Source of the DNA: Entomortierella parvispora E1425
Taxonomy: Eukaryota; Fungi; Mortierellomycota
Direction of reading: 5' to 3'
DNA: 64,000 bases
Assembly (NCBI GenBank): GCA_020891255.1
Contig: BQFW01000001.1
Location: 1,922,001-1,986,000, forward strand
Made by a program: the position numbers and the translations under genes. Each line of letters starts with the position of its first letter. Position 1 is the stretch's first letter. The notes below the pieces were generated by a model. That model saw nothing but the letters and a program-made list of their open reading frames with translations, made no database searches and had not been told where the DNA came from. Of the stretch, positions 14,910 through 26,894 are shown one piece after another.

Positions 14910-15795
14910 CAGGCCAATTGCGGACCAAACTTGTCTACTCTATCCATAGCCCTCATCGTGCTTTCGAGGGTCATCACATACATCCCATACCACACAATCT
15001 TGCTTGTACCTTTCTCTGCAACGACGCCAGACTCGGCCTTGATGCGAGCTCTTTCCTATTTCGAAGCTTGATTAGTCCGTCCAAATCACCTTCCTCCACT
15101 GCTCAACAGTCCAATGCACGTGCTGTCGAGCGAAAAGAAGTCGATCCATCCTCTGCTTCTTCGAGATGTATGGCTTTTTAGCGGCGATGCGTGACATGAA
15201 TCCGGAGTGGAGGAGGTACTTCTTGAGTGTCCGTGGACAAAGAGAGATGGTGGAAGATATAGTTTTGGTCAGTTCAAGCGCCGTTGATCGCCGATTCCTT
15301 TGTGTCTCGCGAACAAGTTGACGAATCATACGAGGAGTACGCTTCGGGGGGCGGCCCGTCCTAACTGTAGTCTTGGGGAGACACTTATCTTGTCGGAGCG
15401 AAGAGATGATGTCTGCGATGGTTGAGTCTGGTTTGTGCAATTCTTTGGCAATCTGTGTGACAGATTTGGTGCCCCCAAGATACATTCCGACGACCAGATA
15501 CCGCAACTCCAACGAAAGCTCCTTCCTCTTCTTGGGGCGACCGTCGAGGGCAGGCTCGGGAAAGAGCTTCCTGGTTAGCTCTTCCCTTGCTGCGGCTGAC
15601 AATAGACAACTTGCGAGTCAGAGGAGCCGATGTAGACAGAGTTTGCAAATGTAGAGGTTGTGAAAACCTTAATAAATGTAGAATTCACGTACGCTTTCAA
15701 AATACGTACGTATCTGAATGTGACTGTGATTTTTTGCCTCCTTTTTTTTTTTTTTTTTGGGATGAATGACATGAAGCATCAACACATCTCATGAC

Positions 15796-16989
15796 ATGGA
15801 CGACCAAGAACAAATACCGCGTATCTTTCCTTATGACGAAGACAACGATGAAGAAGACAACGAAGAAGACGACGATGAAGATATTGACAACGAAAATGAG
15901 GACGCCAACAATCTTGACGGCCAGTCAGACAGCGATGAAGAAATAGTCTTTTTAATGGGGATGGCCAACGATTTCATTCAACATGCTGCCCGAATCCTCC
16001 AAAGAAGAAATAGGAACCCACCAGTACCCTTCGCTATTTTCAACCTCAACCAGTACGACAACATTACAAGCGAGCGCCTCTTTCGCTTCAGGACGGATGA
16101 GATCCTCGATATCGTTGAAGCACTTCGTGTACCAAACGTGTTGGTGTTGGATAATGGATCAAAGTTCTCTTCCCTCGAAGGAGTATGCATTGTTCTCCGC
16201 CGCCTTGCTTTCCCTTGTCGACTGGTTGACCTCATGCCCATGTTTGGACGATCAGAAGGCATGCTCAGTCGTATCTTCAACAAAACTATTACATGGATCT
16301 ACAATCGTTGGGCGCGGCAACTCTTCACTTGGGACCATGCACGACTCACACCTGCCAAGCTTGAGCAGTTCGCTGCTGTCATTCGCGAAGCAGGATCACC
16401 ACTTCAAGACGTAGTAGGATTTATTGATGGTACAGTACGGCCCATTGCTAGACCAATGGAAAATCAAAGACAAGAGTACAATGGTCATCACAGGGTTCAT
16501 GCCATGAAGTTTCAAGCAGTGACAACCCCAGATGGCATCGTTGTTCATCTCTCAGGGCCGTACCATGGAAAACAACATGACACAGCAATGTACAGGATAT
16601 CACGGCTACAAGATACTCTGTTAGAAAGAGTGAAAGATGTTGCTGGAAACAACATGTGCATTTTTGGTGATCAAGGATATGAGCTATCACCTGTCTTGCA
16701 AGTCGCCTTTCCAGGAAGAGACAACGAGCTGACGGCTGGGCAAAGGGCTTTCAACAAAGCGATGGCAGAAGTCAGAATTGCGGTTGAATGGAGTTTTGGC
16801 CACACTCTCCAATACTTCTCCTTCACTGAACTCAAGAAAACTCAACGCAGTTTACTTTCAGCTCTTCATGTTCAGTACACCATATCTGTATTATTTGCCA
16901 ATTTACATTCATGCATCACTCAAAAGAATGCATCAGTAGGCAAGTTCGGACTATCTCCTCCTACTCTTGAAGAATACCTCCACGACTAG
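15796..16989 (+). CDS. Harbinger transposase (HARBI1-like DDE_Tnp_4 nuclease), intact 397 aa
   Basis: GFIDGTVRPIARP, YNGHHRVHAMKFQAV, GDQGY, RIAVEWSFG; uninterrupted ORF. Confidence 0.9.
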   Translation: MDDQEQIPRIFPYDEDNDEEDNEEDDDEDIDNENEDANNLDGQSDSDEEIVFLMGMANDFIQHAARILQRRNRNPPVPFAIFNLNQYDNITSERLFRFRTDEILDIVEALRVPNVLVLDNGSKFSSLEGVCIVLRRLAFPCRLVDLMPMFGRSEGMLSRIFNKTITWIYNRWARQLFTWDHARLTPAKLEQFAAVIREAGSPLQDVVGFIDGTVRPIARPMENQRQEYNGHHRVHAMKFQAVTTPDGIVVHLSGPYHGKQHDTAMYRISRLQDTLLERVKDVAGNNMCIFGDQGYELSPVLQVAFPGRDNELTAGQRAFNKAMAEVRIAVEWSFGHTLQYFSFTELKKTQRSLLSALHVQYTISVLFANLHSCITQKNASVGKFGLSPPTLEEYLHD

Positions 16990-17010
16990 CTTTTTAATAA
17001 ACATAACTGC

Positions 17011-17836
17011 CTATTTTTTGCGCAAGTATTTCTCTGCAACCGCTTTGAAAAGGACAGAGGTTGACTTCACGATATCAAGTAGGTCATCCTGTTCTTGTCT
17101 TCTCCTTTTTCTCTTTTGTCTGGGTGGAGTAGTGTTTGCTGACTGCTGACAAACTGGGGTACTTGGCTCGGAAACAGAGGCGAGATTGTTATTAATCTCT
17201 GTGGTATCTGCTGCTGTGAGAACTCTTACAACTGCCGATTCGCGTTTATCCTCCGCAGCTGCCCTGAAGAGGTTCTCTTCCGCTTGAATGTTGATCACTC
17301 TTGCTTGCTCGTCACGTTGCTGGTTCTCGAAGCCCTCCTCCATGCCAATGAGTTCCTCTAGAGCATTATCTTGCTCTGTAGGGGGTTCCTCGTCCTCCCC
17401 CTGTGCGACGGATAGCGGTGGCTTGAGCGAGCCGGTATTCGTCTCGGACTAGTATATAACGGGCTTCACACAAAGCGCCGGTAACGGCTGCCAGTTCCTT
17501 ATTTCTTGCTTGACACAACTGTGCTACTTTCTCCCATGCCACACGCTTTCGACCATAAGGAACAAACGGTGGAATCTGGATCATCGCATTGAGGACCGTC
17601 ATAGTGTTGGCCATGATGTTCTTGTTGTTGGAGGTAAGGCCGCGGCACTGTACTTTACGAGGTGCTTTGGAGGATGCTACCGTGATCAAAGGAGTGGTCG
17701 AGTCGGTCATGCTGATAATTGGATCTGGACGAGAAGGGGAGACATAAACAGCGGGACCGACCGCGGTTGAGACAACTGTAGAGCCATCATGGGCAGCAGT
17801 GGATGCAGGAGGTAAGGTGGTGGCAGGAGTTGTCAT
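17011..17836 (-). pseudogene. Harbinger Myb/SANT-like DNA-binding partner protein, one frameshift
   Basis: PFVPYGRKRVAWEKVAQLC..TGALCEARY..AIRRTG, then frame change in the C5 run 17397-17401 to EDEEPPTEQDNALEELIGMEEG and a coiled-coil tail; convergent with the transposase inside the TIRs. Confidence 0.7.
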
Positions 17837-18574
17837 TGATGAGGGAGAACGGTGAGTTAGCTGTTTTTTTTGTTGCGCTTTTATGTCTCAGATTTTATTT
17901 GTCTCTCGCCGCCTCGCGCCACAGTCTACACCGATTGGTTTCTACATTTTTATTAAATAAATGTAGGATCGCTCTACACCAACAAAAACTTGTTCAGAAG
18001 TCGATGTAGGGTACTAAGGTTCATTTTTTAAGAATAAGATTTTTTTTAAACTCTACAAATGCAATCTACATCGACATCTGACTGACTCGCAAGGTGTCTA
18101 ATGGGGGTGGCATGAGTGATGGTGAATGACAGAAGAATGTAGGACCGAAATGACGCATCCAAACCCAGATCACGTGTTATTTTCAACAGAAACCTATGAT
18201 AAAATTTATGGGGCGATTCGTCATTGAATAGAGAATTCAAATAATAATCAACTGCGAAGAAGCATGGCGTGTGTCGTGCTCTCACAAATGGTACTGCATC
18301 ATGCAAACATGCTGATATGGCTGCTAAAGCTCTAGGAGTGTTTGATCTCGGACCTTACAAGTCCATCGGAGATGGTCCCAGCACCCTATGCTACAAGATA
18401 ATCAAGCTCAATTTTTCTTTTTATTGAAAATACCATATCCAAGGCGGCCTGTCTGCTAGAATAACAAATTGACCGATATGAACGGCACTTACAATAGAAA
18501 AAGAAAAGATCCAGGGGGGTTTTGAAAAGAGGAGTTCTGGCCATTGATGAAGAAGCATCAGCAGCAACTTTTCC

Positions 18575-18577
<3 letters not shown>

Positions 18578-18612
<35 letters not shown>
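18578..18612. repeat. (TG)n microsatellite
   Basis: Direct dinucleotide run. Confidence 0.9.
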
Positions 18613-18615
<3 letters not shown>

Positions 18616-18891
18616 TTGTGAGCGGATCGGGAAGGAAGGAGGTGAGTAGAAGGAAGAAAAGTATAGAGGAAAGAGAGAGAGAGAGAGGAAGATAAAGGGG
18701 GGGATAGGAAAGGAAGGGAAAGAAGGAATAGAGCGGATGATACAAAGGTTCTCCGAGAAAAGAGATTGGGGGTCTGTTACAAACCATATCCAAAAGTCAA
18801 AAGCCGCACCAAGCATGGATCCATGGTGCGTCGACGGTTGCGAAAAACAAGATAAAACTGCGTGGAAATGATCCATCGATCTGCTGCTCCA

Positions 18892-21277
18892 TTAGACCAA
18901 AGCATCCAGATCGAATTTGAAGTCCTGCATGCTACTGGCCTTGGAGCGCTGGCCATTAGTTCCATTCAGGCTTGCTCCTCCAATCGGGAAAGAACCACGA
19001 GTGGAGGATGTTGATGAGGTTGAGCTGTGGCTCAATGGTCTTGTGTTGCCATGGACGCCATAGTCAAATTGGTTGGTAGGCACGTTGTTATGCCAGGTGC
19101 CCTGCCCATTGCCATGGCCATTATCGGATCCATGGGTCGCTGCCAAGCCTCCGTTGTCCATGCGAGGCTGAAGGAAGTGGGCTAACAGAGGTGAGGCTCC
19201 GCTGTTCACGTCTCTTGGACCTCTAAAACCATTGCTGCCTTGTCCATTGGTGGGGTTGTTGTTACCTCCGCTGTTCAAGAGAGCCAGCAGATCCATAGAG
19301 CTTTTCCTTCCGTTCGCCAATGCGGGCGAACCCATGTGGGGTGAGCTTGTAGCGAAGGACATATTAGGGGATGGGTGATAAGATGGCGGGGAGAGCGCCT
19401 GTTGGTGGAGCGGCCTTGGTGATTGGTTCGCAAAGGCTCTGGCTTGAAATGGCGATCCCGATTGATTGTGGTCCACCTGTGAGAGAGAATTACTGCTGCT
19501 AGAGGTTGGGATACCAAGCATAGCTTTCAACGCGTCACTGCCGTTGGATGCAGGGGTCGCCATGGCAGGGGAAGCAGAATGCAAGACTGGTGATGGAGAT
19601 ACGCCACCTACGGTGAAGCCATTGGGTTGGATGCCGAGGAGTGCTTTCAAAGATTCGCTCGAGTTCTGGGTATCGGTCTGCAACACACCTGTAGAGGGGC
19701 GTGCAGAAGAGGAAGAAGAGCTGTGGTCGCGAGAGTGAGTGGCTGGTGCATCTTTTGGTGGCGAAGTTGGCTTGCCAATGCCAAGCATGTTTTTCAAAAT
19801 CTCTGAATCCGCCTGCGCTGCTGTGGTGGAGACGACGGGGAGAGGAACATGGTGACCGTTTGTATGGTGATGTGCGGATGGGTGAGAGTGGGGTCCTTGA
19901 TGTCCTGGGTGTACTGCGTTGGTATTGTTTTGGCCTCCTTTGCGCTTTGCATTCCGCCTTTGCGCTGCAATCCAATTTTTGAGTTTTCTACAGGATAAAA
20001 AAAAAGAGCTCAGTCATCAGAGACTGCGGCGAGGGCGTGCATCATCCAACCCAGGGGCCGCAAGCGAAGCAACACATGATCAACTTACTGGAGAAACGGA
20101 GTCACCATATAATATCGACTCGGGTTCTTTGCATTGGAGGGCCTCTCAGAGCCGCTCTCTTTTCCTGAATAGGAGCCTCGCTCTGCTGTCTTGGGTTTGT
20201 ACGCTGGAAGATCAGTCAGGAGATGCCATTCGATTTTCTATTTCGGGGAGCATGCATCGTCTGTGGTAAGTCCCAGGAACTCGAACATTAGCACAATAAC
20301 GATCGACCGGGGCACATGAAAGAGTGCATACACTGATCTCCTTTCGCGTTTGGGGTTCAAATACAGTGTCCTCTGGTACGCTCTTGATAATATACAATCG
20401 GATCCTTTGATCCTTCATCGTTTGCTCAACATAGTCTTCGTCCCTGATCCTGCTTGAGATGTCAAATCCAGTCTCTTCCCACACCTAACATGTGAAGCAC
20501 AGATCGTTGCTCAGTAACGCAATCATGATTCGGTAGGCACAGAGTGACCAATCCAATAAACAGTACCTCGCGAACTGCACAGTCGGTATCGGGTTCATCC
20601 TTGTTGATCTTTCCTTTTGGGAAGCCCCATCCTGATCGGGCAGCCCATCCTTTGACCAATATACACTACAGAGAAAAAAAAAGATGGAGATAGATGGCGC
20701 CATTGTTCAGTCAGAATAACGGGTTTTCACAATGTACGCTCCCTGTCTGTCCGAGGTTGCTCCAGTCCCGTCGTTTTACTTTGTCCATGGTTTCGTTCAG
20801 GATGATGGCACCGCAGACGGGTACCCGGATCTTGTACTCCATAAAGTTGACAAACGCCGTCTCATGTTCGTCCGACCACTCGTGTAAAAGCGGGCAATGG
20901 TGAAAGAACTTTGCTGAAAAGTTCTTTAGTGAGAAGCTGGGCAGGGACGAGTTTTGTTCACGAATGAAGTCCTCATAGAACCAATGAGCTTGCTCAATCT
21001 GAAAGAAGATGCGCTCGACTGAGGCCAGTTCCTCGTCTGGCACATTGATGATGAAACGACTGTGTTGATGCGACCGAAATGCAGGAAAGACATGTGGTCC
21101 ATAAGGCAAAGGAGGTTTGTGTCCAGCACGCAACGCGGGGAAGGAAAGGGGGAAAAGAGGAGAAGGTTGTCAGTCATCACAGTTAACCTGTCAGCCTGTC
21201 AGAGAAGGTACCATGCAATGGACATACCTTGATAGGTCATCGAGGACATTATTGAAGGTCGCGTTGGCCCAAGCCAT
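18892..21277 (-). CDS. DCP2: mRNA decapping enzyme Dcp2, multi-exon, with long low-complexity C-terminus
   Basis: Box [33 protein letters not shown]; [14 protein letters not shown]; Nudix box [29 protein letters not shown]; C-terminal helical leucine-rich motif-like segments ([24 protein letters not shown]). Confidence 0.93.
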
Positions 21278-22076
21278 TATATGAATAGGAAAGGACGTGC
21301 GCGTGTGTGTGGGAAGTTAAAGAGTGCGTACGTGTGTGGTGTCCGTAGAAGAAGGAGAGTGAGAGAACAATGGGCCTCAACTCGAGTTTGGATGGTAAAT
21401 GAGAGGATGGGTCGGGTCAGGTGGAGTCGGTTGCGGAAGATAGAGTGTAAATGTGTGAGGGTAAGAGGGGGAAGAAGTGATGGCGAAGGAAGGGAAGAGC
21501 AAACAGGACATGTGCATGCATGCATGCATGCATCCCCTTTCCTCGAGAGCGAAGGTGGGCCAGATGAACCCTTAAGGAAAGAAAGAGGATTGGGTCACAG
21601 AACAATCTGCGCTCGCATGGCCTTCATGTCGCGTCGTTGCCCCTGGCGACTGGATCGTGCGCTTGCAGGGCCTGGTTCGCAGTGGTCGCTGCAGTGGTCG
21701 CTGCATCCCGAATGCTCTCTTCCCTTCCTCGGTGTCGTTCCTTGCAAGGGTGGCGCGTGCTGGTCACTCGGACATCACTCCCCTTCGTCTGTTGCAGCGC
21801 ATTATGAAAAAAGGGGCTGTCAGGTACTACAGCACCCTGCAGCCATCTCTCTATGCATCATCATCATCAGACACAAATAGATAGCACTCTTTCTTCTTTT
21901 CCTTCCTCTTCTTTTTGCGTTGTCCTTTGCCTTTGCATCTTTTCCTCCCCTGGCCAACCTCTTCCTCCTTGGACCTTGACGACCCCTACCTTCATTCCAC
22001 CTCTTTTCACGCCGCGCACCAACCCTTTCCTATCAAACGTTTTCATTGCGACGGTTACTATACACCTCAAAATACT

Positions 22077-23585
22077 ATGGATCCTTACTCTCCCAAACGA
22101 ACCAATAGCAGCAGTACTGCTAGCAGTGTTTCCAGTCATGAACAAGACCAAGTCCGCTACAAAAAAGTCCACGTCCCATTAGCCTATCCATCCGAGGCTA
22201 TCAAGGAACATACCTACCTCACAAAGTCCTATGTCTATCCCCCTCTCATGTCGCCTTCTGATGATTTTTTCAGCCCACCTCCAACCCAGCCCATGACTAT
22301 CGCAACCACCAAAGCTAATAGCAGTGGCGGTGAGACCAAAAAGTCCCCTACTTCACCGCTTCGAACAGGATCCCTCCCTTCAATGGCACAGCCCTTGCCC
22401 TCACCCCCAGTTTCGCCTTGGAAGCGTTCCGTCAGTTTCACCACGCGTCCAACTCGATCTGCGACAATGGTGTTGGACGAGACGCCGTTTCCTGATCTGC
22501 CAACCGACGTTCGCGCTTGGACGAGCAGCCAAGTGGCAGAATATCTTGGCTACAGCCTACGGCGGTATCCTCGGGCCATTACCGAGGACTTGGGGCGATA
22601 TGTTCGACAGGTATGACAGAGAAAGTAAAAAATATTTACAAAACTCGTGCATGACAGTTGGAGAGAGGTAGTTTGACACCTTTTGCTTTCTTTCTTTTCT
22701 CAGACGGCGTGCTTGGACGGAGCACAGTTTATCGATCTCAGAGAGGAAGATCTTGGTAAGGATCCTTTGAAGAAGAGGAAGAAGGCGGCTAGGTAGTTTG
22801 GAAACAGCTGTACTGACAATGTATTTCTCAATTACGAACTGGAAACAAAAGAACGAATGCAAATCAACCTCAAGTGGAGGACCATGATCTTGAAGGCGGT
22901 CGGCATGCTTCGGAGAGAGACGATCCGAGCCAGCCGCGTAGATACGATGCATTGGGAGGATGGCCACGATGCTGACAAGGACGAGCCCCTGGCTAACAGC
23001 ATCAGCAGCAGTGAAGGTAGCAGCAGCGACAGCTCCACGTTTCGTAAGTTGAGTGCCTAAGCGGAATTTATTTCTACTCCTTGTCAACGGATTGGCCGTT
23101 TGCCTAGACCAAAGGAAAAAAAAAAAAAAAAGAGAGAGAGAGCATTGAAACGAGATCAAAAAAAAAAAAGAAAAAAAGAAAGTACCCCCCTTTCTGATCG
23201 ACCAGCAGACGGCATCACGGAACTGACCACCAAAAAAAAATATAATTTTTTCAAACAAAAAGTAGGGGGAGAGCAGCAGCTGCATCCGACCCATCATCAA
23301 CATCACTCTTCATCCGCATCCGCCGAATCTCAATCCTCGTTTCATCGCCAAGACTCAAGACTCGGACGAACTATGGAGCCCGCCAAAGAGACCCCTCTGG
23401 ACCCCCAGGAGCTGCGCAAGGGCATCGTTGAGGATATCACAGAAATCCTCCAGTCTTGGAAGAAGGAGCAAGAGGCCAAGACTAAAAAGCTTGAACAGGC
23501 TGCTGCCACAGGCGGACTCGGCTTTATGGAGGGTGTCATCATTGGAGGACTGCTGGTCGCCTTCATGTTGCGCTTCTCGCGTTAA
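22077..23585 (+). CDS. Uncharacterised protein with SAM-like domain and C-terminal transmembrane tail
   Basis: VRAWTSSQVAEYL..LDGAQFIDLREEDL|ERMQINLKWRTMILKAV resembles a SAM fold; C-terminus GFMEGVIIGGLLVAFMLRFSR*; GT-AG introns. Confidence 0.65.
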
Positions 23586-24154
23586 AAAAAGATCAAGAAT
23601 TTCATTTCATTTTTTTCTCTTCCCCCGCGTTCTTTGATCTGTTTCTTGCCAACATAAAGTAATAAAACACCTTCTTTCAGCAGATGCTTCTCCCTACCCA
23701 GTGAAAGTTCATATCTAATCCTAACTGTGCGAGGATCTCACTACCCCATGCAGGAAATTGATAGATGTTCTTCCCGTGATACCTGATGCCCGTGCTATCG
23801 GCAAGGTACAACAGGCTATGATGTGGGATAATCAAACGCTCTGAACCGCAACAACTGCTGAAAACAACAGTAAATCATTGTTTGTCAGAAGTAGATCCGC
23901 TGTACTTCTATGCCATTGAGATTGAAGGCGTCCTGGTCAGTGCGATTTTACAAAGAAAAAATGGAGCCTTCAGATTTTGAAACATGATTTCGATAAAAGC
24001 CCATGGTCCCAATCCCATGGGTCCTGCATCTTGGATTCCCCATGTAGACGATGCTTAAATTATAGAAGCTGGCCTGTATGGCTCGGTAACTCTCAGTGTA
24101 ATCATAAAAAAGAAAAAGAAATGCACATTACAATAATCTATCAAAAAAGGGCAT

Positions 24155-26894
24155 CTAGAACACCGCCTCTCCTTCCTGAGTATCCCACATGTGGCGGTAG
24201 ATACCATCCTGACGAAGAAGTTCCTCATGGCGCCCGCGTTCAGCGATTTGTCCCTCTTTCAAGACAATAATCTCATCTAAATCAGGCAATTCATTCCACT
24301 GTTAGAATCTTGTCGCTAGTTCTCTTCAAAAACGCAAGCCCCGATTTTCAAAATTTGATCTTACCAGCATCAGCAATAGTTCTCAATCGGTGAGCAATAA
24401 ACATGCTCGTTCCAGCATTCTCTTGAAGGACAGAGCGGATGTTGGTCAAGAGTCCCTGTTCCGTATGGCTGTCCAGTGCCGAGGTGGCCTCGTCAAAGAA
24501 CATGATGGGCGAGTTCTTCAAAATAGCGCGAGAGAGGGCCACTCTTTGCTTCTCACCTCCTGATAACATCAAGCCTCGCTCTCCAACTTTGGTCTCGTAC
24601 TGGTCTGGCAACTTCATAATTGCGTCATGGATCTGGGCCCGTCTGGCTGCCTCGATGACCTCCTCGTCCGAAGCTGTTACACGGCCGTACTGGATATTGC
24701 GCTTGATCGTGGTGTTGAAAAGAGCGGTCTCCTGAGGGACGACGCCGATCTGGGCTCGCAAACTATCTAACCTAACATTTCGAATGTTTTGGTTGTCGAT
24801 ATAAACATTGCCTCCCTGGGGATCATAGAATCGGAAAAGGAGTCGGAGCAACGTGGATTTACCACATCCAGAGGGTCCAACAATGGCGACCTTCTTTCCA
24901 GCAGGAACCACGAAACTAATGCCCTTGAGAATTGGTCGCTCGGGATGATAACCAAAGACCACATTTTCAAATCGAAGTTCACCTCCCTTAGATCCGAGGA
25001 TCAGATCTGGTGCTCCTGGTTTGTCTTCAACCTTGACGTTGACGCCCTGAAGGTTGAACATAGTCTCCATGTCGATCAGGGCCTGTCGAAGCTCGCGATA
25101 AACGGATCCCAAAAAGTTCAGAGGCAAGGACAGTTGGAACACAAGTTGATTGATCATGACGACATCTCCGACAGTCATCGATCCATTGAGGACTCCCTGG
25201 GCCGCCAAATACATCATGGCTGTCAAACTGGTCGAGAAAATGATGTTTTGGCCAGCGTTCAAGAATGCAAGACTGGATGCGATCTTGAGCGATGCCTTCT
25301 CATACTTGGCCAGTGCGTCATCGTATTGTTTCAGTTCAAACTTTTCGTTGTTGAAGTACTACAAAAAGATCAGAAAGGAGAGATAAAAAGATTGAAAAAA
25401 AATTAGAAATGATGACATTGTGAGCCAAAATGGCGACCAGTTCTCGACTAAAAAGTCGTAATGACAAAAAAGTGTTACCTTCACAGACTCAAAGTTGATC
25501 AAAGAGTCAACGGCAACGGTGGCAGCTTGGTTGTCAGCAGCATTGGCTTGTTTGCGGAATTTTGTTCTCCAGGCCGTCGTTTGGATTGTGAACCAGGCGT
25601 AGGCACCCATGGTCGCAGCAGTCACAGCAGCAAAAGAGGGTCCAAATTGGTAGGTCAGGATACTGCACACCATGGTAATTTCCAGCGCAGTCGGCAGCAA
25701 GTGGAAAACCATTGACGACAACAAAAAACTGATGCCTCTATCATTTTGAAAGTGATCCCAAAGTAAACCGGGGCAAATGCGTTAGGATCATGGTCAAGCG
25801 ATACAATAAACGCAGATACTCCAGAAAAGTCAATTTTCGTTACTTTGTTCCGCGATCAATGGCTCGACTAAGGCCACCGGTTTGCTTGGTCAAATGGAAG
25901 GACATGTCAAGGCGATGGAGATGCTCAAATACGTTGGCAGAGACTCGTCGGATGGCCTTTTGGGCCACAGCAGCAAAAACAGCGTTGCGCAGCTCGCCGA
26001 AAACGGCCGATCCGGCCCTTGCCAAACCATCTAGAAGCAAAAGAAAAGGAAAAAAATTAAAAAAAATAAATCCAGGGAACGCTCATACGGAAAACAGAAA
26101 TATTAAAGGGTTTCCTTACAGCCCATAATGACGGCACCGACAACACCCAGGACAGTCGACTCTACTGGGAACTCGACGTTCAATTTGTCAATAATATCCT
26201 TGAAAAAGAAAGGGACCTGGACGTTCAAGATCTTGCCCATCACAAGCAGCGCCAGCGCTGTCACGACCCTGATCTTGACGCCCCGATCATCCTTGGGCCA
26301 AATATAACTTGACAGTTCCTTAAAAATCTTCCAATCCAGTTTGTTTTGTTCTGTGTTTGCGGCCTTTTCTGAGGCCTTTGCTGCTGCCGCTGCGTTGGCA
26401 GCCGTTGTTGTAGATGAAGCATTAGTGGCGGTTGATCCAAGAGTCGCTCCCTGAGATCCAAGGCCAGTAGTCCTGGCTGATCCAGCTGCCGAATCTGCGG
26501 ATCCTTTGTGAGTTGGAGGTCCCTCTGCGTTCTTGAGTCGTGGTGCGGACGGACGAGTGAAGGCGCGAGTCTGGATCTGAGAATGGCGTGCGAGCAGGTC
26601 TCTCCACTGCGCAGCCTAGAATTTTTTATAAGCAGGTTGTCAGCAGAAAAGAACAGACAGGGATACATTTGAGATTAGTTGGGCAGGAGAGAAGAAAGGA
26701 ACAAGGCAGGAATAGTCAGTTGCTCTTATTACCCTTGTGTCCCGAACAAGGCCCTGGCGCACGAGTGTCTGAGCGTGGACGGAAAGGGTTAAACGCGGCT
26801 GGGCGGCGCTGTGGCAGAACGCACGCGCGGGCGAGGGCGGCAGAGAGGCAAGGGCAGACGAGGCCAGCCTCCGCCATTGGCCCGTAATGATCAT
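24155..26894 (-). CDS. ATM1: Mitochondrial ABC half-transporter Atm1 (ABCB7), multi-exon
   Basis: Arg/Ala-rich presequence; [37 protein letters not shown]; Walker [10 protein letters not shown], signature [11 protein letters not shown], Walker [12 protein letters not shown]-loop IAHRL. Confidence 0.95.

Larger units (their letters stand above)
15604..18099. mobile_element. PIF/Harbinger-superfamily transposon, full length (2496 bp), 18-bp TIRs, 3-bp TSD AAT
   Basis: TIR agacaacttgcgagtcag (15604-15621) vs reverse complement agacaccttgcgagtcag (18082-18099), 17/18; AAT at 15601-15603 and 18100-18102; two convergent ORFs. Confidence 0.9.
14990..18113 (-). pseudogene. Tc1-family transposase pseudogene, split by the Harbinger insertion, with a nonsense codon and 3' truncation
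   Basis: Reconstructed start MPPP|LSAAAREEL (ATG 18113); paired HTH; AAKKPYISKKQRMDRLLFARQHVHWTVEQWRKVIWTD*SSFE, where TAA 15072-15074 replaces the E of WTDES; homology lost after ~14990. Confidence 0.8.

Noticed and set aside
14830-14995. N-terminal part of ORF 13937-14995 (including DHAKNIHTS, superficially like the Tc1 DNAxxH motif)
   Set aside because: It overlaps the Sailor-like right inverted repeat; the real transposase start is probably ATG 14728
18318-18350. Short stretch encoding AAKALGV, the same peptide as in the phosphatase exon near 7800
   Set aside because: Only 7 codons with no flanking similarity; cannot be distinguished from chance, so not accepted as an island-boundary duplication
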